In this document: in pieces, positions 55,657 through 64,000 of the stretch
Numbering within the stretch: position 1 is the first letter of the stretch
Layout: the number at the start of each line of letters is the position of its first letter
DNA from: Rebecca billardiae RCC1528
Lineage: Eukaryota; Protista; Haptophyta
Assembly: GCA_965240325.2 (NCBI GenBank)
Contig: OZ251225.1
Coordinates: forward strand, 3,844,001 to 3,908,000
Length of the DNA stretch: 64,000 bases
Direction: 5' to 3'
Program-made: the position numbers and the translations under genes
The notes under the pieces: model-generated
Seen by the model: only the letters and a program-made list of their open reading frames with translations
What the model was told of the DNA's origin: nothing
The model's database searches: none

Positions 55657-56604
55657 ATGCCGGTCGCGCCGGTGGGCTCGTGCGTGCGCCTCGAGGGCCT
55701 CAGCACCGCGCCGCGCTTGAACGGCCGCGTAGGCTGCGTCGTAGGCCACAGCCACGACGGGCGTGCGCTCGTGCGCCTCACCGAGGGCGAGAGCGAGGCG
55801 TCGGGCCGCGAGCTGCTCGTGCGCGCGCCCCAGCTCGCGCGGTTTGTCCCGACGGAGGAGGACGACGCGGCCGCGACAGCGCGGATGGAGCAGCTGCGCC
55901 GCACGGCGGGGCACGTCGTGCCCGCGGGCTGGCCGCGCGATCGAATCGACTGCCCGGCGTGCGCCAGGCGGCACGAGCGCCACCTCTGCTGCCAGAGCTC
56001 CACCTCGAGCTTCGAGCCGCCGCACACGGGCCAGCTCGAGCTCGTGAGCTGGACCTTCAGCGAGCGGCCGGTCGAGGGCGAGAGCGAGGCGGCCGCCGAG
56101 GGCATGACGGCGGAGATGGAGCGGCTCGTCGCCGCCGAGTGCGGCTGGGACTACGGCGCGACCGTGGCGCGCTGGCCGCGCGCCTTCCGCTGGACGTGCT
56201 GCGGCCGCGCGCCCGACAGCCGTGGCCGGTGCGAGCACCACGGCGCGAGGCGGGGCGCGTGGTGCACGTGCGACCCGTGCCGCAGCGGCCGGCACGACCT
56301 GGTGCGCTTCACGCCCAGCGCGCACAACCGGCTCCTCGTCGCCCTGCACGCGCCGTGCCCGCCCGCGCGCGACGCGTGGGCCGTGGTGGCCGGCATCCCC
56401 TGGTCGGCACGCTCGCACGCCCTCTTCCCGCGGCCCTTCCGCGCGCGCACCTTTGCGCTGCTGTGCGCGCGCGCGCGCGGCGCAGCGGCTGCGGCCGATG
56501 CGAGCGCGTCGCTGCTGCTGCTCGGGCGCCTGGACGAGGGCGTGATGCTACTCATCCTCGGCCACCTCGCAGGCCCGCCGCCTGATGCCGCCATCGGCGG
56601 CTGA
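55657..56604 (+). CDS. Hypothetical protein: SH3/KOW-like N-domain, Cys/His-rich zinc-binding core, C-terminal W..H..FP..FR motif
   Basis: VRLEGLSTAPRLNGRVGCV..DGRALVRL; CPACARRH..HLCC; FRWTCCG..CEHHG..CTCDPC; WSARSHALFPRPFRARTFALL. Confidence 0.7.
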   Translation: MPVAPVGSCVRLEGLSTAPRLNGRVGCVVGHSHDGRALVRLTEGESEASGRELLVRAPQLARFVPTEEDDAAATARMEQLRRTAGHVVPAGWPRDRIDCPACARRHERHLCCQSSTSSFEPPHTGQLELVSWTFSERPVEGESEAAAEGMTAEMERLVAAECGWDYGATVARWPRAFRWTCCGRAPDSRGRCEHHGARRGAWCTCDPCRSGRHDLVRFTPSAHNRLLVALHAPCPPARDAWAVVAGIPWSARSHALFPRPFRARTFALLCARARGAAAAADASASLLLLGRLDEGVMLLILGHLAGPPPDAAIGG

Positions 56605-57004
56605 CGATGTCGTGGCACTACTGGTGCAGCCATCAGTCATCGTCACTTCGGAGCGGACTGAGCCGCAGGATGAGGGCCAGGAATCGACGAGCAGGAGACT
56701 CCGCGCCGCCGATGACTGATGCTAGACCTAGGTGGATGACGACACTGACGACGATGATGAGGACTACGATGACGACGATAATATTATTCTGCGCGCTGAT
56801 GACGATCGATATCTAGCAGACGCGATATCGTCGACGATGATACGTGCGTCGTATATTGACGATGACGATATTGATGGCACCGCCATGCTTTCGGCGACTC
56901 CGTCACTCCGCGATGGTCCTCCGCGAGTCGAAGGACTAGCTGGTAGCTTAGGAGTCCAACTCAAGATGAGCAGCCAGCGGCGCGCTCGGGGCGATCGCAC
57001 GTAG

Positions 57005-58558
57005 TCACTCTGCCGGCGGCATGTGGCGCAGGCAGTGCCCGAGCGCGCACACGAACGCGTGCACGTCGCCGAAGGAGACGTACAGCGGGCACAGGCCGAC
57101 GCGCAGCACGTGCGGCCGCCTGTAGTCGCACTCGACGCCGTGTGCGCGCGCGAGCTCGGCCTGCACCGCGGCCGCGCGGTCGGCGCCGGAGTCGGCGGGG
57201 CGCACGCGCACGGAGAGCTGCGCGCCGCGCGCGCTCGCGTCGCGCGGCGTGATCACGTCGAAGTGCCCCGCGCCCCCCTTCGGCCGCGGCAGCTCCTCCT
57301 CCAGCGCCGCGAGCAGCTCGAGCGCGTGCTCGGTCAGCCGCACCGCCTTGGCGCGCAGCCTGCCCAGCCCGGCCGCGTCAAAGAGCTCCAGGCTGCCGCG
57401 CAGCGCGGCGAGCTGGAAGATGGGCGGGTTGGAGAGCTGCCAGCCGTCCGCGCCGGGGGCGGGGACGAAGTCGGGCCCCATCCTGAACCGCGTCGCCGCG
57501 TCGTTGCCCCACCACCCCGCCATCCGCTTGGGCGCGCGCCCCGCGGCGAGCGCGTCCGCGCCGCAGTGGGTGTCGTGCACGAACGCGCCGCCGATGGCGC
57601 CCGGACCCGCTGCGCGCGCAGGGGCGGCGGCGGCGGTGCGTGAGCGCGCGCGCGAGGGAGAGGAGGGGGGCGGGAGCTGCGGCGCGCGGCGCGCGCGCGC
57701 ACCGTTGAGGTACTTGTACGAGCACCACGCGGCGAAGTCGACGCCCCACTCGTGCAGCGCGAGCGGCACGTTGCCCGCGGCGTGCGCAAGGTCCCACCCA
57801 ACCACGATGCCGCGCGCGCGCGCCGCGGCGGTGATGGCGGCGATGTCGAAGAGCTGGCCGGTGTAGTACTGCACGCCGGAGAGCAGCATCAGCGCGACGC
57901 CGCCGCCGTGCTCCTCGATCCACGCCAGGATCGCCTCCGTGCGCAGCGTCTCGCCGCCGGCCGCCTCGGGCCAGAGCTCGCGCACGGCGCCGCTGCCGTC
58001 CGCGCCGCCGTACCCGCGCAGCGCGGCGTGCGAGGTGACGGCGTAGCGGTCGGAGGGGAAGGCGCCGCCCTCGATCACGATGGCGTGCCGCGCGGCCGTC
58101 GGCGCGTAGAACGACGCCATCAGCAGGTGCAGGTTCACCGTGAGCGAGTTCATCGCCACGACCTCGTGCTCGCGCGCGCCCACGAGCCGAGCGAGGGGCG
58201 CGCGCACGCGCTCGTGGTAGGAGAGCCAGGACGGGCCGGTGAAGTGGCCGCGCTCGCCGAGGGTGGCCCACTGCACCAGCTCGTCCGCGACGAGCTGCGC
58301 CGCGCGGTCCGGCTGCAGCCCGAGCGAGTGGCCGCACAGGTACACGGGCACGCCGCGCGGGAACGCAAAGCGCGCGCGCAGGTGCGCCAGCTCGTCGGCC
58401 GCGTCGAGCTGGCGCGTGCGCTCGAGCAGCGCGCTGCCCAGCGAGGCTGATGCGCTGGAGGGTCGCGCGCGCCGCCGCGCCGCTCGCCGCAGCAGCCACA
58501 GTGCGCAGGCGCTGGCGGCGAGCAGAGTTTGGGCCACGTGCGCTCGATTCATCGTCAT
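57005..58558 (-). CDS. KYNU: Kynureninase (PLP-dependent). Exons 58558-57703 and 57609-57005
   Basis: YLCGHSLGLQP, EVVAMNSLTVNLHLLMASFY, AFPSDRYA, SGVQYYTGQ, GWDLAHAAGNV, VDFAAWCSYKYLN|AGPG (PLP Lys), GWWG, QLSNPP, RGAQLS, PLYVSFGDV. Confidence 0.96.
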   Translation of the reverse strand: MTMNRAHVAQTLLAASACALWLLRRAARRRARPSSASASLGSALLERTRQLDAADELAHLRARFAFPRGVPVYLCGHSLGLQPDRAAQLVADELVQWATLGERGHFTGPSWLSYHERVRAPLARLVGAREHEVVAMNSLTVNLHLLMASFYAPTAARHAIVIEGGAFPSDRYAVTSHAALRGYGGADGSGAVRELWPEAAGGETLRTEAILAWIEEHGGGVALMLLSGVQYYTGQLFDIAAITAAARARGIVVGWDLAHAAGNVPLALHEWGVDFAAWCSYKYLNGARARRAPQLPPPSSPSRARSRTAAAAPARAAGPGAIGGAFVHDTHCGADALAAGRAPKRMAGWWGNDAATRFRMGPDFVPAPGADGWQLSNPPIFQLAALRGSLELFDAAGLGRLRAKAVRLTEHALELLAALEEELPRPKGGAGHFDVITPRDASARGAQLSVRVRPADSGADRAAAVQAELARAHGVECDYRRPHVLRVGLCPLYVSFGDVHAFVCALGHCLRHMPPAE

Positions 58559-58703
58559 CTCTCGTGACGCCAGACGCGATGACAATGATGACGACAATGC
58601 AAGGGCCTTGGACAATGGCGTCCCACAACCTTATTGTCTGTTTATTTGCTGATGATGATCGAGCGCACTGAGACCGGCTCTGACGCACTGCAGCGCAGCC
58701 GCG

Positions 58704-61013
58704 CAGGGATGGGCGCAAGCGAATCGCCGAATTTTCAATTCGCCGAATTCGCCGAATCGGCGAACGGCGAAGGCTGGGCGCATTCGGCGAAGGTGGCGAA
58801 TGCCCCTGTACGGGAGGTCAGTCGGGTGTGCGACGCCCCCGGACTCATCACCTCAATGCAGATAGTACTAGCTACCCGGTAAGCTGGCGCATGCGGCAGC
58901 GCATGGCTGTACGGGTTGCTAGTTGACTAGCCCATTGCGCACGGCCTGACCGAACCGCTAGCGTCGTCAGTCGCCATCATCATTGCTGTTCTCACCGGAA
59001 ACAGCCTCTGGTTCGACCTCGTCATCACTCAGACTCAGTCGTCATCCTCGCTGCCCGCGAGTCACCCCGCATGGGGACGCCGGCGGCATCACTGCCGTCG
59101 CTCTCAGACGAGGTGTCGTGCGACGCCAGTGAGCTGCCCTCGTCGGCCCGCTGCTCGTCAACCTCAAGCGCGCCCAGAAGGCTGCCATCGCCTACGCTGC
59201 GGCAGAGGAGGCCGCCGGCGGCGGCGGCGGCGGCGCAGGCCCGGCGGGCGGCGGCGACCGTCGGCCTCGACTCCGACGACTCGGATCAGAGTACTCTGAG
59301 TGAGTAGACAGGCAGATAGGCTCCGCATGCACGGCAGACCGCCTGACGCGCCTGCCGTGGCGCACACAGGCCGCTGACTGTGTCACGCGGCCCTCGGTAG
59401 CCTATTGGGATGAGATATATATATTCCGCTCGGCGATGGCCAGTGATGGGCGACTACGAGGGGTCAGGGGGGGGGACGACGGCGAGGAGCGATGATCCTG
59501 GTGTTTGTCTCTGCTGCTCGATCTGATGCTGCTACAGCTTGCTGACTTTGACGCCTGCCCGTTGCATACCACGTCGTTAATATGGCGGGCCGTAGGTCCG
59601 CCCCTTGTAGTGCCCGGGAAAAAGATAAGAAAAGAAAAGAAGAAAGAAAATCGCCTCGCCAAGAAAAGAAAATCGCGCTTCGCTCACTACCGGGCGCCCT
59701 CGCAGCTCCCACTGGGGACGCTCGGCCGAAAACCATCTGGCGCCTGGCGCGGAGCGCATGGGCCGCGCGCGCCAAATCCAACGCCGGCGCGGACATCGTG
59801 CGAGGATTCCCGAGACGTATTTTCGCCCGATTCGCGTTTGCTGCCCTCGTTGTCTCGCGTGCAGGTCGAACGGGGGCTAAATCGACGCGTTTGGAGCGGT
59901 ACGCTCGGCGCGTCGACACGATCGTGCGACCTGGGGCGATCCTCGCCCGACGTGCACGTCGAAAGCTCGCACCGGCCATAGCATCATGCGCTGCGCACGA
60001 TGACCGCCTCGCGCGATCCACCGTCGCGCGTCGGGCTCGGTGCGAGAAAGCCCTCATCACGAGGCGTCTCGCGGGCGGGAAGCGCCATCGCACGCGACGC
60101 AAGATTTGGCGCGGCCTGCTGAACTCGATCGCCGGAATCCGCGCATCACCGGACTCAGTCATTGCTCGCGGTCCGGTCCCTCAGCCGAAGCCCACGTCCG
60201 GCCTGCATGGCGTCGACGGTGACCAATGCGACGGAAGCGCAGCGCCAACGGCGTACGACGCGCAGCGGACGCACCTCCCGGGTCTGTCGCCGTGGCAGCA
60301 ACCGCGTCTTCGCGAGTTGGCGACCCTCGCCGCAGCGCGACACAGACAAGCCCGTGATGCCATCCACACAGAGATGAAACGTCGAGCATGCAACATCGCC
60401 GCGCCATCCTCGTCCATGGCGCAGGCGCTGCGGGACGAGGCGGAAGTCGTCACGCCGGTGACGGATGCGCTGCGACTCGTGTGCCCGCGTGAGCAGCGCT
60501 TGCCCACTCTCGATCGCGAGTGGCACACGCTGTCGCTGTGCGCGCGCGCGCGCACAACCAACAGCTCCGCTCGTGCCGCCGAGCACGCGAGCGCCAGACC
60601 TGTCGAAGAGGCGAAGAGCGACGACCGCGTGAACGTCAACGCGCTCGTGATTCCCTCGTGGGTGTGGGCCTCGCTGATGGAGTGATGCGCATACTACTAA
60701 GAGTACAGACAGTGAGACGTGTGTACACGTCGGAGAGCCAACTTCACGTGTCACTGGTCCTTGCACTCGACTGTCCGTCACCCACGGCCACAAGCGAATG
60801 TGGAAAGCAGACGCGAACCCGCAAAGGATACATTGCGACAGCACTGGCACGGCCCGCCGACCCCCCCGCCCGCCAGGGCACAGTTTATATATAGGCGCGG
60901 AAATGTTCATCGCTACGCAGAAATTCGCCATATTCGGCGAATTCGGCGAATTCGGCGAATTCGGCGAAGAAGCGAAGGCTGCTGAGGCCATTCGGCGAAT
61001 CTGCCCATCCCTG
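58704..61013. mobile_element. Non-autonomous hAT-superfamily DNA transposon (2,310 bp)
   Basis: 11-bp TIR CAGGGATGGGC (58704-58714) / GCCCATCCCTG (61003-61013). Perfect 8-bp TSD CAGCCGCG (58696-58703, 61014-61021). Subterminal TTCG(G/C)CGAA repeats at both ends, including (ATTCGGCGA)4 at 60932-60967. No recognisable transposase ORF. Confidence 0.93.
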
Positions 61014-61137
61014 CAGCCGCGGCGCCGTCGTCGTCACCCATCGGGCTGGGGGCTCTGCCGTGCCGGTGGCGTCGGTCGACCCAGGGTGATCGATATCGAC
61101 GCGCGCCAGCCGGTGCTCTGCGCGCAAGCTGGCCGGC

Positions 61138-62388
61138 ATGGTCGACCTGAAGCGCCGCAAGTGTGATCACACCGGCTGCACCTCGCGGCCTTCCTTCAGC
61201 ATGCCGGGCGCGCGCGCCACCCGGTGCGCTACGCACAAGCTGGCCGGCATGGTCAACGTGGTGAGCCGCACGTGTGATCACGCTGGCTGCACCACGCGGC
61301 CTGCGTTCGGCATGCCGGGCGACGCGCGCGCCACCCGGTGCGCTGCGCACAAGCTGGCCGGCATGATCGACCTGCAGCACCCCAAATGTGATCACGCTGG
61401 CTGCACCGCGCGGCCGTCGTTCGGCATGCCCGGTGACGCGCGCGCCAGCCGGTGCGCTGCGCACAAGCTGGCCGGCATGGTCGACGTGGTGAGCCGCAAG
61501 TGTGATCACGCGGGCTGCACCGCGCGGCCGTCGTTCGGCATGCCCGGTGACGCGCGCGCCAGCCGGTGCGCTACGCACAAGCTGGCCGGCATGGTTGACG
61601 TGAAGACCCACAAGTGTGATCACGCCGGCTGCACCAAGTGCCCCTCATTCGGCATGCCGGGCGACGCGCGCGCCAGCCGGTGCGCTACGCACAAGCTGGC
61701 CGGCATGGTTGACGTGAAGACCCACAAGTGTGATCACGCCGGCTGCACCAAGTGCCCCTCATTCGGCATGCCGGGCGACGCGCGCGCCAGCCGGTGCGCT
61801 ACGCACAAGCTGGCCGGCATGGTTGACGTGGTGAACCGCAAGTGCGATCACACCGGCTGCACCAAGCAGCCTGCGTTCGGCATGCCAGGTGACGCGCGCG
61901 CCAGCCGGTGCGCTACGCACAAGCTGGCCGGCATGGTCAACTTGGTGAGCCGCCAGTGTGATCACGCGGGCTGCACCGCGCGGCCGTCGTTCGGCATGCC
62001 CGGTGACGCGCGCGCCAGCCGGTGCGCTACGCACAAGCTGGCCGGCATGGTTGACGTGAAGACCCACAAGTGTGATCACGCCGGCTGCACCAAGTGCCCC
62101 TCATTCGGCATGCCCGGTGACGCGCGCGCCAGCCGGTGCGCTGCGCACAAGCTGGCCGGCATGGTTGACGTGGTGAGCCGCAAGTGTGATCACGCCGGCT
62201 GCACCAAGTGCCCCTCATTCGGCATGCCGGGCGACGCGCGCGCCAGCCGGTGCGCTACGCACAAGCTGGCCGGCATGGTTGACGTGAAGAGCCGCCAGTG
62301 TGATCACGCTGGCTGCACCAAGCAGCCTGCGTTCGGCATGCCAGGTGACGCGCGCGCCAGCCGGTGCGCTACGCACAAGCTGGCCGGC
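61138..62388 (+). repeat. 114-bp coding tandem repeat x11 (first unit 111 bp)
   Basis: Near-identical units at DNA level, each ending CACAAGCTGGCCGGC. Confidence 0.97.
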
Positions 62389-62628
62389 ATGAAGCGCCTT
62401 CGGAGTGGTGCGCACAAGCGAGGGCTGGAGCAAGTCGTGAGCACCAAAGAAGTGAGCGCCGCCAAGCGACAGCGGAAGCGCACCAGCAGCACAGCCACTG
62501 CCTCGGACGTTGTAGCAGCGCGGCGGCCGCGATCGCAGCTGCCGCCACTGGTCACAGCCAGCGTCGTAACGACGCCGTCGCATGTACGACCCGTGGTGAT
62601 GGCCAGGCGGGTACGGCCTACGGCCTGA
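61138..62628 (+). CDS. EsV-1-7 cysteine-rich repeat protein: 11 tandem ~38-aa C3H zinc-finger-like repeats plus basic C-terminal tail with NLS
   Basis: Unit MV(D/N)xxxxxCDH(A/T)GCTxxP(S/A)FGMPGDARA(S/T)RCA(T/A)HKLAG matches the EsV-1-7 consensus C...GC...P.FG..G.....C..HK..GMV. Tail contains AAKRQRKR. Confidence 0.88.
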   Translation: MVDLKRRKCDHTGCTSRPSFSMPGARATRCATHKLAGMVNVVSRTCDHAGCTTRPAFGMPGDARATRCAAHKLAGMIDLQHPKCDHAGCTARPSFGMPGDARASRCAAHKLAGMVDVVSRKCDHAGCTARPSFGMPGDARASRCATHKLAGMVDVKTHKCDHAGCTKCPSFGMPGDARASRCATHKLAGMVDVKTHKCDHAGCTKCPSFGMPGDARASRCATHKLAGMVDVVNRKCDHTGCTKQPAFGMPGDARASRCATHKLAGMVNLVSRQCDHAGCTARPSFGMPGDARASRCATHKLAGMVDVKTHKCDHAGCTKCPSFGMPGDARASRCAAHKLAGMVDVVSRKCDHAGCTKCPSFGMPGDARASRCATHKLAGMVDVKSRQCDHAGCTKQPAFGMPGDARASRCATHKLAGMKRLRSGAHKRGLEQVVSTKEVSAAKRQRKRTSSTATASDVVAARRPRSQLPPLVTASVVTTPSHVRPVVMARRVRPTA

Positions 62629-63037
62629 CGAGTGACGGGCTGCGCTCGAGCACTAGTCGAGCAGCACCGTTCAACTTCATGGCGATGAGCAAGGACGGTG
62701 AGCGGCCGTCAACTCTCAGTGAGCCGATGAGTGACACGGACGAGGTTGCTGGGCCCCGCTCGCTCGCTGTGCGGCCTTGCTCCGCGGCAGCAACCAACTG
62801 GCAACCGTGCGGCTGAGTGGCGGAGTCGCGCACTCGACGAGTGACTCGACCGCAGGCGGGCCAACTCGGTCGGGGCCAAGGGCCTTGGGCGGGCGGCGCC
62901 GCATGCCCAGCTGCGTAACAACTAATTATAAAGCCGGCCTGGGCGCGGATTGGCGGAAAAGAAAGCCGGCCTGGGCAGGGCGGGCCTCTCTGGACGAGTG
63001 GACGGCTACGCGAGCCCGAGCCCGCCCGTCTCGCGCC

Positions 63038-63916
63038 ATGACGACGGCGCTGGTGATGCTCCTGAGCTCGGTGGCGCAGGTGCAGGTCGGCCGTGTCTTC
63101 CATGGCGTGATGGAGATGAACTGCCCCACGCTCGCCGGCGCGGTGTGGACCAAGACTTCCCTTCTCACCGGCGACTGCACGCTGACCGGCCGCTGGTCGT
63201 GCTCGCCGTTGTCCGGCTGGTGCCAGGGAGCGGGCTCGTACCGCGTCGGGCCGATGTCAGAGCCGCCATTTCAAGCGTTCTGCTGCTCGCCCGACCCCTT
63301 CTCGCCGCCGCCGCCCAGCCCGCCGCCGCCGCCCGCCTCGGACGCGTGCGTGTCGGACGAGTACGTGCAGAGCCCCGAGGGGCTGGTCGCGCGGCTGACG
63401 GGCAGCTGGTGCAACCCGCGGTGGGCGGGGGGACCGTACATGCCGTGCGTCGCGCATGCGACGTACTGCGCCTACCTCGGCCAGCCGGACGGCCTGGGCG
63501 GCTCGGCGTACGCGTGCGCGTGCCACCCAGGCTACGAGGCGGTGCCGAGCGCCTCCCTGGACGCGCTCCAGTGCGTGCTCTGCACCAACGGCTGGCGCCC
63601 GTCGTGGTGGGCGGCGCCAACGCGCGCGAGCCACGGCTGCGAGGCGCTGCAGGCGGAGGCACGCGCGCCGGCCGCGGCCGCGCTCGCACCGGGCAGCGCA
63701 GGCCAGCCCTCGGCGTCCGCACAGCCGCAGGGGCAGCTGCAGCCACCACCGCTGCTGCTCGTGCTGCTGCTGCTGCCGGCTTTTGCGGCGGGTGCACTCG
63801 TGGCCAGCCGCGTCGCACGCGCAGCGGGTGGCACCCGTGGCGCGCCGCCGAGCGGACCTGTGATGGGTAGCGGGTGCGAGCGAGGCACTGCTGACGCCGT
63901 GCTGGGCATGCTGTGA
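63038..63916 (+). CDS. Cell-surface Cys-rich protein: signal peptide, Cys-rich domain, SPPP linker, EGF-like domain, C-terminal TM helix
   Basis: MTTALVMLLSSVAQ; FCCSPDPFSPPPPSPPPPP; CVAHATYC...ACACHPGYE...C; LLLVLLLLPAFAAGALVA. Confidence 0.7.
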   Translation: MTTALVMLLSSVAQVQVGRVFHGVMEMNCPTLAGAVWTKTSLLTGDCTLTGRWSCSPLSGWCQGAGSYRVGPMSEPPFQAFCCSPDPFSPPPPSPPPPPASDACVSDEYVQSPEGLVARLTGSWCNPRWAGGPYMPCVAHATYCAYLGQPDGLGGSAYACACHPGYEAVPSASLDALQCVLCTNGWRPSWWAAPTRASHGCEALQAEARAPAAAALAPGSAGQPSASAQPQGQLQPPPLLLVLLLLPAFAAGALVASRVARAAGGTRGAPPSGPVMGSGCERGTADAVLGML

Positions 63917-64000
63917 CTCGATCTGCCATCGGCATTGCTGACGCGATGACGTGGATGCGCCCGAGTCTGACACGGCGCCACGCGGCACGCCCACCGGAGT

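Noticed and set aside
59582-60685. 367-codon ORF in the hAT as a transposase
   Set aside because: No BED finger, DDE or dimerisation motifs, and low-complexity Arg/Ala composition.
60932-60967. (ATTCGGCGA)4 as a telomeric or coding (FGE)n repeat
   Set aside because: Better explained as hAT subterminal repeats, mirrored at the other end of the element.
61138-62388. CRISPR-like array
   Set aside because: Units are 114-bp in-frame coding repeats without unique spacers. The context is eukaryotic and there are no cas genes.
50600-64000. Endogenous giant-virus insertion
   Set aside because: No NCLDV core genes, host-like GC, and an intron-containing KYNU in the middle.
1-64000. tRNA, rRNA or other structured ncRNA genes
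   Set aside because: None recognised by eye. tRNAscan-SE or Infernal would be needed to exclude them.

Overview
Very GC-rich, gene-dense eukaryotic nuclear DNA with short GC-rich spliceosomal introns (85-227 nt, donor mostly GTGCGC, acceptor mostly GCAG). Genes lie mostly in tight head-to-head pairs, and AT-rich (TA)n islands follow gene 3' ends. The style suggests an alga such as a pavlovalean haptophyte, but that is inference only. About 19 protein genes are supportable. They include a ~3,060-aa tandem two-repeat Shaker/AKT-like channel (2x [6TM-pore + cNMP-binding + ankyrin], central EF-hand, second filter non-GYG), a membrane-anchored class I phosphodiesterase, a POLE4/CHRAC1-like histone-fold protein, OLA1 and CSDE1/UNR. 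Also present are an RFTS-HMG-DDT-WHIM chromatin protein, a membrane-embedded TIR/HET-like protein, a myristoylated FN3-repeat Raf-like kinase, an NSUN2-type m5C methyltransferase and a PB1 protein. The rest include an F-box/ankyrin protein of the giant-virus type, a secreted ATP-grasp protein and kynureninase. Mobile DNA: a clear non-autonomous piggyBac-like element (TTAA TSD), a clear non-autonomous hAT element (8-bp TSD), and weaker Helitron-like, TIR-bounded and introner-like relics. The most intriguing locus is an 11x38-aa EsV-1-7 zinc-finger repeat array with near-identical DNA units, variation confined to two short windows, and a C-terminal NLS. This looks TALE-like and is a candidate modular nucleic-acid-recognition system. 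All calls are by eye from motifs; no database searches were run.
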